DNA of 64,000 nucleotides from Mustelus asterias (GCF_964213995.1 NC_135801.1:20398001-20462000), one strand, 5' to 3'; positions 25,223 through 38,979 are shown, numbered from the stretch's first letter. Translations and numbers: made by a program. Notes: generated by a model from the letters alone, not told the origin.

Positions 25223-26447
25223 TCCACAGTATGTAGTTTATGGGATGTAAAGGGGATGCCATTGCACTGTATGGGAGGAAAAGATGTGATTGGCAAATGT
25301 TTGGTGGCCTAATCATTGTGTGAGAGAGTGGCAAACCATATTCCAGGTTATCAATGTTGTAAGAGATTGAGGGATATGGAGGAGATTTTGTGCCACTGTG
25401 AGTAGGCCGGTGATCATTGGTTTGCTGCATCCTCTGAGGGTGGAATGCTTCGAGATGGTTGCTGTGGATGTGAGAGGATCTGAACTGGAGTGAGGGGTGC
25501 AGTGGGTGAAGTGTGTTGCTGTGGCAACTGGCAGAGCTCTGTGAGCTGCTGCATGATGTTTGTTCAACAGTAAGAGACTAACACGGGTAAGCACCATAAC
25601 ACTGGTGCAGCAGGGAATTTACAAGATAGGGTAGAGCGTCAACATTACCTTAAGACAATGAACATATGAATAACTAAAAGATTACAGTAACTGGGTGACC
25701 TCACAGGGCAACAATGTATCAGCCAGCAAATAAATACACACTACCTACTCTGCAAGGTACCCAGGTCGCCTCTAGCAGAGTGTCAAGGCTGTATCCAGGA
25801 TGACCTGTGGGTGCTACACTGTTCTGTGCCCTTTTATGAGCAGAGTTTAAGAGGAACCCGCGTCCACTTTGGACATGTTACAATGTGAAAATGAGCGCAA
25901 ACCCAATTGTGGCTCGCAATCTATACCCAGAACCCACGTCCTACTAAAATGGAAGAAAATGGTGGATGAGGTCATGAGTCCTGTTTACGAGTCATAAGAT
26001 GACCCAACTCATATTCTGCGATCTGAAGACAGAAGTTTGGTCCAAGAAGTAATTTTACAAAGAAACCCCAAAACTAGCATTTAGCCTTGATGTCAATCTG
26101 GAAGCATCTGATATGAGTACTTCTGTGTAATAAATGCAGTAAATAAAAAATTCTCTATCAATAGATTTTTGTTATTCCTGCATGTATTTAATGTCGGGGA
26201 TATTTCTTATCCCATTCTAACATTTGAGAAATGGAATTAATATTTTGAAATTGTCATGATAATGTGACGAGTGCAAATGTAACATTATTCTTCAATTTCA
26301 TCGGCTGCTCAAAGCTATATTGAATTGTTTTAAAAGGACTTTTAAAGTAGCAAGCAAAAACACTGTCTTAAGGTGGCTGCCATAGCTCACCTGATATGCC
26401 TGATATTATAAGTTGTTCAGTTTCTGGAAATTTCTAATGTGGATTAC

Positions 26448-26918
26448 CATAAGACCATAAGACATAGGAGCGGAAGTAAGGCCATTCGGCCCATCGAGTC
26501 CACTCCACCATTCAATCATGGTTGATTTCAACTCCATTTACCCGCTCTCTCCCCATAGCCCTTAATTCCTCGAGAAATCAAGAATTTATCAATTTCTGTC
26601 TTGAAGACGCTCAACGTCTCGGCCTCCACAGCCCTCTGTGGCAATGAATTCCACAGACCTACCACTCTCTGGCTGAAGAAATTTCTCCTCATCTCTGTTC
26701 TAAAGTGACTCCCTTTTATTCTAAGGCTGTGCCCCCGCGTCCTAGTCTCCCCTGCTAATGGAAACAACTTCCCTACGTCCATCCTATCTAAGCCGTTCAT
26801 TATCTTGTAAGTCTCTATCAGATCTCCCCTCAACCTCCTAAACTCCAATGAATATAATCCCACGATCCTCAGACGTTCATCGTATGTCAGGCCTACCATT
26901 CCTGGGATCATCCGTGTG
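26448..26918 (-). mobile_element. 5'-truncated young CR1 3' fragment
   Basis: Open 127-codon ORF GLYSLEFRRLRGDLIETYK..FFSQRVVGLWNSLP; (CATAAGAC)n tail. Confidence 0.93.
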
Positions 26919-28121
26919 ATTAATTAATTACAATTAAGACTTGTCAAGGCAACCTTGTGTGGAATTTCTCACCTGCTGATGTCAAGAATTATTTCAAATA
27001 TGTACTAAAACTTGTAACTGGCTTGTACCATTTATATTTAAATAAAGCTACATATCAGGCAGAGACAGGTAATCTAGCAGGACAATGGATGTGTAGAAGG
27101 CATTGACATGTTTTTCTTAGCTCACCACAATGAAGGATGGTCCATTCAGAAGTGATGGCTAGGACATTAAAGAAACTTATCAACTAGCCCATAATGCAAT
27201 GGCCAAGGTCTGTCCAGCCATGAGCTATCAATTACCTATTGTGGAATACTCATCATTATAGGGAGAGAGGTCATGTGACCAGAATAACCATTTTAAAGAG
27301 TTATTATTACAACACCCAAGCTGCTAAAAAGAAAACAGTCTTGTCTAAAAGAAATACGGCAATGTAGCAGTAACACTATTTCTTTCTCCACTGTTTGCAA
27401 ATTCATAGCCCAATCTTTGCCAGACTGTAGAATCCGTCAGAGGGATAAAGAATTTCTATGGAAAGGAACTGTAGGTACAATATCATCGACATTTGGGAAA
27501 GACGGATTACACTTTTCTGTCTCCATAAACTACAGTCTGCATCAGCCTCAAATGCAGTGGAATTCCAAGACCACAATGAAAAAGATCTGCCTCAGCCACA
27601 CACACCAGTGAAGGACTCATGAACAGTGAACTCTCTTTTTTTAACTTTTTATCGCTATGATCTCACTGTATAACTTGTAATTTTGCGTGTGTGAGTGTGT
27701 GTGTTGCAAAGGTTGGGGTGTGGGTTTATCTTTTTAAATATCCTTATATCTTTACCTGGGTGCAGTGATAGAGTGGGAGGGGATGGCAGGGTTTGTGGAG
27801 AACAAAAATGGCAGAAACTAAAGGGTCTGCAACAACAAATTTATCCTGGCTGAAGTGATTGATTCCATAAGGAATGGGATGGGACTGTTGGGAGAGATGG
27901 TAATGGCAAGGGTTGAGTTGGGATGGCATGAGAAGGGGAGGGGATGGTATGGGAGGAATGGCATGGGAGGAGCAGATAAGATGGCGAAATTGGTTACGTG
28001 TGGAAAAATGGCAGGAACAATCATTTGATGTAACCTTTTATTCAAAAGCTATTCTTTGTGCAAAAAATTCAGTAGACTTCAATGAAAGTGTTTTAGAAAA
28101 GCAGCCAAGTGAATTAAAAGA

Positions 28122-28318
28122 ATAAGAACAGAAAATACTGCATAAATTCAGCAGGGCTGGTAACATCTGGAGAGAGAAACAGTTAACATTTTGAGTCCAA
28201 TTCTTCAGAATTTGGATTCGAAATTTAACACTATTTCTCTCTCCATAGATGCTGCCAGACCAGCTGAGTTTTTCCAGAATTTTCTGCTTTTATTTCAGAT
28301 TCCAGCATCTGCAATATT
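28122..28318. repeat. Imperfect palindromic interspersed element (Penelope-type terminal repeat derivative, family 3)
   Basis: Arms ..CAGCAGGGCTGGTAACATCTGGAGAGAGAAACAGTTAAC and TTTCTCTCTCCATAGATGCTGCCAGACCAGCTG; related copies at 29370-29465, 39337-39545 and 50430-50560. Confidence 0.65.
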
Positions 28319-29581
28319 TAAATGTTATTTTCCAATTAAAAGAATACACCGGTGTTGAATCTCTATGAAGGTGATAACAATCCATACCTCCAGAGTTTCT
28401 ACACTGTCTAATTCCAATCAGCCTGCAACCACAAAAACTTTGACTCAAGGAAGAATCAGCCATAATGTTGCTACAAAACTTGAATCCGAAACAAGGGCTT
28501 TGTCATGGAACAAAATTGATAGTTAGGGAGTTGTTTTCTTCAATCTTAGGTGCTGAAATTACAATAGGCAGATTTCAAAGAAATTGGGTGTTTATTCCTT
28601 GAACCCATCAGATGTGGAAATGCCTTTTCAACTCAGGAAAGACGGTTCCCAATTAAATTGTCATTTGCTACGACAATAAACAAGTCACAAGGCCAGATTC
28701 TCAACAAAATCTGCAGTTATATTCTCAGGCCTGCTTTTATGCATGGATAGCTTTATGTAGCTTTGTTCCAGGATGAGAATTTTTGATTCTGTTAAAGTCT
28801 CTGGTGAAAAGAACAACTAGAAATCTTTTATTTAAAGAAGAACTGTTGCAGGAAAGATACTAAATTGACCGCAAATATTTTGTGGGTCCCAGTTAATATT
28901 CAGTATATTAAAATCAGGATCTCGTGGGGATGATTTTTGACTGCATTTCTTTAATTCCAGTGAACAATAGTGAAATGAATCAAAATTTGGCTACATCTCA
29001 CAAATCACCGCAACACCACTAAATAAAATCACATTCTACACAATTTCACAGATCTTATCTTTTCCGTTAATGTGAACCGCCTATCCCTCCTCCTTCCAAG
29101 TTCTAAATACATAAAGATTAACAAGAAAGTGTTTGTTATTCGAAGTTGACATTCTATTTTCTTTCTCTGATGTTTGTGTTTAAATTTTATGCTTTTTTTA
29201 AAAGGACAGTTTAGTTAAAAAGGAAGAATGGATGAAAACAAGACACTGTCATCACATTGGGCAGTGTTTTGAAGATGAAAAAGGTAACACTTTGAAAGGG
29301 GTAGGAAAGAAAAATGCAAACAACCAGTCCCTAAATCAGGCCTACAGGATAGGCCTTATCTGTAATAAGAACAGATTGTGCTGGAAATACTCAGCACGTC
29401 AGGCAGCATCCGTGGAGAGAGAAACAGAGCGAACATTTCAGGTCAATGACCTGTCCTCAGAACTCTGTGGTCTTATCTATACACGGATGCAGGGACTTGT
29501 TTGCTGACATTGGTTAAGGAGAGCTGTCTTACCAGCTGCCTTACCAGCTGTCTTCTCACATTACGACATTATTCTGACTGC

Positions 29582-29930
29582 TCTAACCCCTTTCATCTTG
29601 CAAGTGTGAACCTCTTGGTTCACACCCACCATGGACTAGGGGACACAGGTTTAAGGTGCGAGGGGCAAGGTTTAAAGGAGATGTACGAAGCAGACTTTTT
29701 ACACAGAGAGTAGTAGGTGCCTGGAACTCGTTGCTGGGGGAGGTAGTGGAAGCGGATACGGTAGTGACTTTTAAGGGGCGTCTTGACAAATAAATGAATA
29801 GGATGGGAGTGGAGGGATATGGTCCCCGGAAGGGTAGGGGGTTTTAGTTAAGTTGGGCAGCATGGTTGGTGCAGGCTTGGAGGGCTGAAGGGCCTGTTCC
29901 TGTGCTGTAATTTTCTTTGTTCTTTGTTTT
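29582..29930 (+). mobile_element. CR1 3' fragment
   Basis: TRGHRFKVRG..FFTQRVVGAWNSL; (TTCTTTG)n-like tail. Confidence 0.88.
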
Positions 29931-30366
29931 TTGTATGTTGTAGCTCTGTGCTAGCCTTAGGAAAAACAGTGTTTCCTCACAGTGCTGCAGACAAAATGAA
30001 ATTCTAGATGTCCATTATATACATTTCTTCTTGGTTTCTATCTCCCTGAGAATTTTAATCCACTCCCCCAATGGAAAAGTATTTGCCTCTTTACACCAAA
30101 GGATCATTCTTCTTGGATTTGACTGAACCTCCAAGCCCAGGATATTTTCTGGAATCATCGCAGTGTGTTTCTTACTCAGTAAATTTCAGCTTCCAATTAA
30201 ACCAAGTGTGACTAAGTATTGCCATCCAATATATCAAGACACCAGCTCGATCATTTGTTGAATATTTTAAGTTAAATTGCTTCTGTGTATTTCAAACAGA
30301 ACCCACAACAGGCATTTATTTGTTCTGTACAAGGTTTACATAACGCTTGGATAAAAAATTCCATAT

Positions 30367-30708
30367 GGGTGGCACGGTAGCACAGTGGTTAGCACTGCTG
30401 CTTCACAGCTCCAGGGACCTGGGTTCGATTCCCGGCTCGGGTCACTGTGTGGAGTTTGCACATTCTCCTCGTGTCTGCGTGGGTTTCCTCCGGGTGCTCC
30501 GGTTTCCTCCCACAGTCCAAAGGTGTGCGGGTTAGGTTGATTGGCCATGCTAAAATTGCCCCTTAGTGTCCTGAGATGTGTAGGTTAGAGGGATTAGCAG
30601 GTAAAATATGTAGGGATATGGGGGTAGGGCCTGGGTGGGATTGTGGTCGGTGCAGACTCGATGGGCCGAATGGCCTCTTTCTGCACTGGAGGGTTTCTAT
30701 GTTCTATG
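30367..30708 (+). mobile_element. Full-length tRNA-derived SINE with CR1-type tail
   Basis: GGCACGGTAGCACAGTGGTTAGC, GGGTTCGATTCCC, tail TTCTATGTTCTATG. Confidence 0.93.
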
Positions 30709-33700
30709 TAACATAATTGTTGCTGCTGTGGCATGTAAACTTTGAATTTCTTTTATAATTTGTGATGCTTGAAGGATATCTGAGTGTAACTCAATAGTCT
30801 TGTCTGCCTTTGTTTATTTATATATGCAGCAAGTCAGATCAATAGCAGAAAGAAATAATCACATACTGCAGGATTCGGGCTACTGAATTTTCAGTGACAG
30901 CCAAGGAGACAAGGCCAATTGTCAATTTGAAGCAATATCCCCATTGCTTTGCATATGTGTCTCAAACTGTGGGTGCTGATGGATACAACTGTTCTGATTT
31001 ACAATGCATACGTCAAATGAGACAACAGCCCTAAGAATAGCCATGATCTCAGGCCCACACATTTTGAACAAAGCCCAACAGGTAAGAAACATGAAGAAAG
31101 TAGAACAGAGTGGCCTGAGCTCTACTGGTTGGATTGTCCACAAACTGCAGTTTGAAAACTCTAACATAAAGTGAGGAAGTCTTGTGTCGCATTCCTGCCT
31201 CCAAGCTAGGAGTTCCCGCTAAACGACTTGATGGCTAAGGAAGGTGCCTTTATAACACAGCCAAACAGGTTGAGTGTCAACTTCTAAATCCTTCCAACGT
31301 TTGCCAATGACAGTTGATAATGGTGGGAGAGATTCCTGGTCAGTCATGTGAAAGAAAGAAATTGAAGACTCTACCATAGCTCAAGGCTACAGCACGCACG
31401 TAAAAATATATGTTGCCATAACAACTCAGATTCTTTGGGGCAGCCAGTTGGCTGGATGGCTGGTATGGATCAGATTGGAGCTGACAGCATGGTGTTCGAT
31501 CCCCGTTCTGGTGGGGATCACCTTCTTGCTCTAGGGTAGAGGCCGTAGCATTATGGACCAGACCTGCCTTCCAGCAGGGAATTCAAGAAGAAGAATCCAA
31601 AATAATTTCCTTGAATTTAAAATAACCATGGGGGGATATTTTCAATACAAAAAAAACATAGTGGGGTGATTTTCCCCAAGTTCTTTAGATAACAGCTTCC
31701 ATGGTGGTTCAGATAGGGTTGTAAGCTGAAAGGCCAGCTCAGCCCTCACTTTAGTGCCAGATACCAACATGCAAACCCAGTTGAGGTTTGTGCTAGGAAT
31801 GGCTTCCCAGAGGATCAATAGGGGGAAGATTGTCACTGAAACTGTCTCCTGGCAGTCATTTAAGGAGGTGGCATGCCATTTTGGTGGCTAGCACTTGAGG
31901 TTACACCCTCTCCTAATAGCAACCAACTGATTGGAAATAAACAAGTCACTGCAAAGGATTTCAAGAACCACTTGAATATATATTACCATTTCAATTATTT
32001 GCTTTGAAAAGGATTTTTGGTAAAAATCAGAAGACTTTCAGAACCATATCGCCAAGACTTCACACACACGATCAACATTAATTCTGGAAATTTTCTGAGG
32101 GCCTTATCTGTAAAGAACAAGCGCTGTGTTCCTTGACATTATCAAACACATTTTGGGACCACCTGGAGAAGGGGAGTATTTGATCATCTGCATCTTGCTA
32201 GGGGTCCCCCTTGGTCTGTCGGAAGAAGCCACAAGGCTAGACATGCCAATTGTTGCAGGAGAGGGGGGCAGGAGGTGCTTCCCCTGCTGTGGGTTCAGGA
32301 CACCCCTCCTCCATTTGGATCTTGGAGGCTGCATTTGATAAGCCATGCACACTCTTACCCAAACACTGATGTAATGATTTGAACGAGGCCCATGACATGA
32401 ATATAAAATCCGAGATTAAGACAGTAATAGCTTGTCCAATCAGGGAGACCTCCATGTGTACATAACGTGGAATGTCAGCGTTATTGGCACTCTAGGGTTG
32501 TATGAGATCTGTACTAGGAAGCATCTGTACGAGGTACGAGGAAGCACCTGTCTGAGTATTGCTTACTATGTAAATAAATCTAAATTTGGTGAAAGTGCAC
32601 TGGAGAAGTTATTTCAACTGAGCCACCCTGAAAGTTGCCGCTGTCTGTCAGCCAGAACACTCCACCTTCAGTGGAAATGTGTGTGTGTGTGCATGGAGCT
32701 CACATCAAACACAGCATTAAAATTGTATTTAATCAGCACCTGAATGTGTCTACTTTAGCACCTCCAGCCAAGTTCCATGTCATGGCAATCAGGAATTTGG
32801 GTCAAAACTGCATAATAAAACCAGACTTTCAAATAGGCACAGTGCCTATTGAGCATCCATTTTCCCCTTTCCATCAAAATAATCCCAAAATAATTCCTTG
32901 GGATCACATCTGTTTGTTTAAGACAGACATTTCTCCAGTGGCTGCAGGAAGAGTACGATAGCAATGGTCTGATGTTACCTTTACAAGGGTTTTACACAGT
33001 GTAACATAGAAGCACTAACGCATCACACTTCTTCATTCAAATTTCTTGATTAAAAATGTGAAAATTTTCAAAATTGATGAAAGTTACTATTTAAAGTCAC
33101 ATTCAATCCTATTAATCATAATCACAGATTTTATAAATTTGCACACATGCTTTTTTCATGAGTTTAGATTACTGACATCACACAGGTCAGAGTGTTGGAC
33201 ATATCATGAACGTAATCTCAGGCTTTAGACATAGTCATGGGAAGTATAAAGCAGCCTGTATTCTTTTGGTCTGGTGGATTCCCTTTATAATCAGGGACAA
33301 TTCGTAGTATTTCAAAAAGCCACCTGTAAACTCAAACCTTTGTGTTACACATGTTGCAAAGTTTGTTATATACATTTTGGTAACAGGTTTGAAAGGAAGT
33401 CTAACAAATCATTTCCAAATATATATAGATCTTCATGATTTGTGTGATTCTGAATATAGATAGCCTGTTGCTTTCTGAATGAGGCTGCCAGTTACAAATT
33501 GTTAAGTAGCCTTGGTAACAGGTCCATAGTTATAAAGGGTCTGATCACATGCAGTTTTGTGACTGTTACCAAGGCTCAAATAGAAATAAATACTGCCATC
33601 CTCACTCAAAAATGGCAGGTTGACAGATTTATAACTGAATCAGTAATAAATGCTATACGTATTTGAGATTAGTGCGCGAAGGCGTAAGCAGCTCTTCAAA

Positions 33701-34244
33701 ATGCAAGTTTTAGTAGCGGATTTCAGGAACAACTAAAATGACAAAACACATTGGCCAATTTCCCCCTCGTCACACGACAATTGTCACATAACTGATAATG
33801 AAATAATCACAGTCCCAAACCATAAGATTCCCATTTGTTCTCTAATCATTAACCCCATTCCCCACCCCTTCAACTTCATGCACTGTCATTACGTTCTCCT
33901 TGGTGATAAAATAGTTTTACAATTTACATTTGATGAACCATACCTCTCACAGCAAGATTGCTGTCAAGGATCATTACATCTTGCATCATATCATCATGAT
34001 TGATCTTTTATGTTTGGAATAACTATGTGGACATGCCTCTATACATGTTTTGCTCCACATGGCCTATATTCAAGAATCAATATAATATTTGGGCAAGAAA
34101 TTGGGATCGATTGCACCTTACGATGGCATGCTTTGAGTGCCTTTGCAGCTCTGAAATGTCATCTGAGACACCCATACACACATTTGAGGCTAGTCGCACT
34201 GGAAGCCATATTGATGAGGCCATTAGAGCAGTGAATGGTTGACA

Positions 34245-34856
34245 GGACATAAGAAATAGAGGCAGGGGTAGGCCCTATGGCCCCCTCAAGCCTGCAATTA
34301 ATGCATGGGCAATCTGATTGTGGTCTTAACTTCACTTCTCTGTCTGCCCCCCATAATCTTTGACTCCCTTGTAGATCAAAAACCTGTCTAACTCTGAATA
34401 TATTCAATGATCCAGCCTCCACTGCCCTCTGTGGTAGAGAGTTCCAAAAAATGAACGACCCTTCAAAGGAACAAATTCCTTCTCATTTCCTCTTAAATAG
34501 GAGACCTCTTATTTTAAAATTGTGTCCCCTAGTTCTAGATTCGCCTTTGAGGAAAAACATTCTCTACCTTGTCAAGTCCCCTCAGAATCTTATGTGTTTC
34601 GATAAGTTCACCTCTCATTCCTCTAAACTCCACTGAGTTTAGGCTCAACCTTTTCCCCTAAAACAAACACCTCATCCCAGGAATTAACCTGGTGAACCTT
34701 CTCTGAACTGCCTCCAATGCAAGTTTGTCCCTCCTTAAGTAAGGAGACCAAAATTGTACACAGCACTCTCGGTGCAGTCTCACTAATGCACTGTACAGTT
34801 AGAGCAAGACTGCCCTACTCCACCTTGTCCTTGCAAGGAAGGCCAACATTCCATTT
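34245..34856 (-). mobile_element. Decayed CR1 3' fragment
   Basis: Similar to the 3' part of the 10853-13049 element. Confidence 0.85.
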
Positions 34857-35339
34857 TCCAAATTAAATATGCAGAGTAGACAGGCCATGGCACCAATGTT
34901 GTCAGCTATGCCATTTTGGAGCTCAGTGCACCAACTGATGCCTTCGGCTAACCTTGTACATACAACTCTGTACACTTTCAGCAGCAGGGAGGAACCCCAC
35001 TAGCACTATTTAAAAAGATCATTGACTACTTACAAGTTAATTGTTGATTGATTTCTTCTGGCTGTTGCTTCAATTCTACAAGTGTTGGATGCTTTAGTTC
35101 TTTCAAGTTGCAAAAGCCTATAAGGAACAATGTGCCAGATGCTGGAAGCCTTGATGCTGACTTCAAGGCTTCACTAAGGATGTCCTTAGTCTGCCACCTG
35201 TGATAATGACACTCAGAGCAGGGCAAGAACTGCATTACCAGCAGCTGTGAATATGGCCATGACAATAACCTTCGCTGAATCTGGCTCCTTCCAGGTCGGG
35301 GCTAGAGAGTTTGCAACATCGCACAGTTTGCCATTCTAT

Positions 35340-36290
35340 GATTTTTAAGGGACGTTCTCACTGAAGCTCCTGACTTGTATCACCCAGAGAGCAGGAGGCG
35401 AAGTAAGTATGTGGCTTCATTTGGATTGCAGACTTCTCCATGGGGCAGGATGTCAGACAGCACTCACGTTGCTTTGCAGGTGCTGCATGTCCACTCTGCC
35501 CTATAATGGAACCTAAAGGGATTTCACTTCCTCATCATCCAGCTGGTCTCTAACCATATACAATGGACCATGCAGGTCGGTGCCCAGCAGGTACCCTGGC
35601 AGCAGTCATGATGCCTTCATTCTGTGACAGTCGCCTGTGCCAGTTGCATTTGAGCTGCTATGGCAAGCCAACAGGTGGCTTTTGAGTGACACGGGTTATC
35701 TGCTGAACACATGACAGATGACTCCAGTGCGCAACACCTACACGTGTAGTATATAATATATATATATATAGTTTTTAAAGTTTATTTATTAGTGTCACAA
35801 GCAGGCTTACATTCACACTGCAATGAAGTTACTGTGAAAATCCCCTAGTTGCCACACTCCAGCGCCTGTTCGGATACACTGAGGGACAATTCAGCATGGC
35901 CAAAGCACCTAATCAGCACATCTTTGAACTGTGAGAGGAAACCGGAACACCCCGGAGGAAACCCACGCAGAAATGGGGAGTATGTGCAAACTCCACACAA
36001 ATAGTGACCCAAGCCAGGAATCAAAGCCGGGTCCCTGGCACTGTGAGGCAGCAGTGCTAACCACTGTGCCACCGTGCCGCCCCTGGCCATAGTATATGTA
36101 TTTCATATACAGTATCTCATATACACAATGAAAGATCCGCTATCATGTGAAATGTAATCGAGTAGATCATTGACATGCTGGAAAAATGTTTCTGATGTCT
36201 AGACTGCTCTGGAGGAGCCCTGCAGTGTAGGGCAGAATGGACATCAAGATTCATGGTGGTCTGCTGCATGCGCCACCGTCTCACCATCGT
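35340..36290 (+). mobile_element. PIF/Harbinger transposase remnant interrupted by (TA)n and a SINE
   Basis: Degenerate HARBI1-like motifs: DSTHVAL, NLKGFHFLIIQLV, RYPGSSHDAFIL, LSDTGYLL, MTPVRN, then CLDCSGGALQ..VVCCM after the SINE. Confidence 0.8.
35777..36083 (-). mobile_element. tRNA-derived SINE, type-B tail
   Basis: Family match; next to (TA)n at 35749-35770. Confidence 0.9.
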
Positions 36291-37201
36291 GAATGAAGAG
36301 TCTTTGCCAGCAGTTGTCCATCAAGCTGAGGAGTAGGAGCATGAGGAGGGGTGACGTGGAAGAGGAAAGATAAATGTGATCTTGACACCCTCTTTCTGGC
36401 CAGGTTCTGTATGAAGCACTCATCCAAGAGCAAGCCCAGTAACTGCAACCCCATTTCCCCATTCACCAACAACTTTCACATCTCAGTCTTAAATGAGCAA
36501 CCCTGAAGTTGTACCCTGGCGTTCTCGATTTGCCAGACAGAGGAAACAATCCTGTGAACCCTTTCAGAATCTTCCTGAGTCCTGACTGATTGAGTTTGTT
36601 GGTAGGTGAGTGATGGAGCTGTGGTGATTTGTGCAGTGTCTGAGGCTAGTGGCACATGCCATTAGGATATACCATTTGAAAATGCATCCACTGAATTTGA
36701 CTACTGCTGTGAGGTCATCGAACTTCTTGTAAAGGTCCAGGTCCTCGGAATTTGACCTTCATAGCTCTTTGCTTCCACTGCCATCTGTCCAGATGGGCCT
36801 GGACATAGGGAGAAACGATTCCCATTGAGAGAAGGGTTGAGAATCAGGTGAATGGCAAAAGAACCAAAGGTGACATGAGGGAACTTTTTTTTCACAGTGA
36901 GTGGATCTGGAATGCACTGCCAGAGCGTGTGTGTGGATGAGGCAAATTTAGTAGTGGCTCTGAAAAGGAATTGGATAATTACCTGAATCATTAAAAAAAA
37001 AGTTGGCTATGGGATAAAGTGGTTTGACTCAGTTGCTCTTGCAAAGAGCTAGAACATCATGGTAGGCTGAATGGCCTTCTATCTTATAACCATTCGATGA
37101 TTCTAATGATCATAGACTGATGAAAAATAGATCATATTCTCTGATAAACCTTATATTGACCATGAGAGCTGGGTCACTTCAATGGATTTGCAATGTAACT
37201 T

Positions 37202-37528
37202 GGGTGGCACGGTGGCACAGTGGTTAGCACTGCTGCCTCGGCGCCGGGGACCCAAGTTCGATTCCCGGCTTGGGTCACCTGTCTGTGCGGAGTCTGCACG
37301 TTCTCCCCGCATCTGCGTGCGTTTCCTCCGGGTGCTCCGGTTTCCTCCCACTGTCCAAAGATGTGTGGGTTAGGTTGATTGGCCATGATAAATTGACCCT
37401 AGTTTTGGTGGGGGGGGGGGGGGGGATTAGCAGGGTAAATATGCAGGGTTACGGGGATAAGGTGGGATTGTTGACGGTGCAGGCTCGATGAGTCAATGGC
37501 CTCCTTCTGTACTGTAGGGATTCTATGA
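37202..37528 (+). mobile_element. tRNA-derived SINE with CR1-type tail and internal poly-G
   Basis: Family match. Confidence 0.9.
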
Positions 37529-37966
37529 GCTGCAGTCCATTTGCAGCCCTGACCACTCTGCCATGTCTCTTAAGTGCAGCAACATAACCTCCGAAAGTCA
37601 CACACATCACTCAGCTATACACCACTGATACACTCTGAGGGCGCTGTCTGGAGACCTCCACCTGCTCGATTTTTTAAAAAAAACTTGGCGTTGACATTTT
37701 AAATAAATGTTCAGATGAAATATGAATGTAAAGCAGACTTATTTCAACACAGCTGTCAATTAGTCACTCTCTACACTGCTTTCAACATCCCAATTACAAC
37801 TGACAGCATGGGAGGCGGGGGATGTTGGACATTTGTGAATAGTATGTTTCGAATCAAGCATTTGGAACAGTACACTGATATTTTTAAATGGGTAATATGG
37901 GGGCAAACTGGATTAAAGGTCTAAACCCATTGTCTGGTCATCTGGTTTTGTGGCAATCCCTTTAAG

Positions 37967-38107
37967 GGATATATATATATATATCCTCAGCCTTGGCTGT
38001 TAATAATTGCTCGGAATGAGAAGTTGTCTTCTTTCGCAATTGGGCTCCGACTCTTTCCGTATGAGATTGTCGCCTTCCCCCAGAAAGGCGGAAGGAACGT
38101 TGGGACA
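37967..38107 (+). promoter_or_regulatory. MAN2B2 proximal promoter / 5' UTR
   Basis: CpG-enriched segment upstream of the ATG, ETS-like GGCGGAAG near 38087, preceded by (TA)n. Confidence 0.5.
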
Positions 38108-38278
38108 ATGAGCGGCGTTCCACAAGTTGTTACTGTAGCCATATTCGGAAGCTTGCTGTGTCTCAGCGTTCCCGGGGCGAGGCTGCAGCCCAGCGACAAC
38201 TCCGGCAAACAGGATGGCATCCAGGCGTTTGTCATTGCTCACAGTCATATGGATGTCGGCTGGGTTTACACCGTGCAG
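38108..38278 (+). CDS. MAN2B2: Alpha-mannosidase MAN2B2 exon 1 (signal peptide and GH38 zinc motif)
   Basis: MSGVPQVVTVAIFGSLLCLSVPG..IQAFVIAHSHMDVGWVYTVQ|gtacgg matches human HSHMDVGWVYTVQ. The start codon is inferred from the hydrophobic leader. Confidence 0.95.
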
Positions 38279-38640
38279 GTACGGCCCGGGCAGCAGTCGC
38301 TGTATTGCCTCCCTCTCCGCCTCTAGTTGCACCGTCTCTTCTAGAAAGGAATCCTGATCCCATCTTGATTTCCTTCATTGTAAATGTTACGGTTCTGAAT
38401 CAAGACTTGACACATATCCCAGCTGATGGACTTGCATTATTTCTACGAGCTGCAAGTCTTTCAAGAGTGTTTTACATATGAAGTGTACTGATTTAGGAAT
38501 GTGAATTCCCCCAAACAGCAGTGTAATGATGACCACATAATCTACTTCTGTGGTGTTGATGGAGGGGATACATGTTGGCAGGGGCACCAGGGAGTAACTG
38601 CCATACTCTTTTTCAAAATAATGCCTGGGATATTTTACAT

Positions 38641-38950
38641 TCATAGAAACCATACAGTGCAGAAGGAGGCCATTCGGCCCATTGAGTCTGCACCGACCAC
38701 AATCCCACCCAGGCCCTACCCCCACATATTTACCCGCTAACCTACACATCTCAGGGGCAATTTTTAACCTGGCCAATCAACCTAACCCGCACATCTTTGG
38801 ACTGTGGGAGGAAACCGGAGCACCCAGAGGAAACCCACGCAGACACGAAGAGAATGTGCAAACTCCACACAGACAGTGACCCGAGCATCGAACCCAGGAC
38901 CCTGGAGCTGTGAAACAGCAGTGCTAACCACTGTGCTACCGTGCCGCCCT
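38641..38950 (-). mobile_element. tRNA-derived SINE with CR1-type tail, nested in a Deu-type SINE remnant
   Basis: Family match. Confidence 0.92.
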
Positions 38951-38979
38951 CAGGCAGAGACATTGGTTTAACTTATGTT

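Noticed and set aside
30367-30440. tRNA-like box A/B sequence as a tRNA gene
   Set aside because: It is the SINE head, repeated about 20 times with body and tail; no full cloverleaf.
32104-32352. 82-aa minus-strand ORF as an independent gene or B55 exon
   Set aside because: No recognisable homology and no convincing donor in the needed phase.
38024-38107. Upstream in-frame extension of MAN2B2
   Set aside because: Begins at a non-ATG codon; the signal peptide follows the ATG at 38108.
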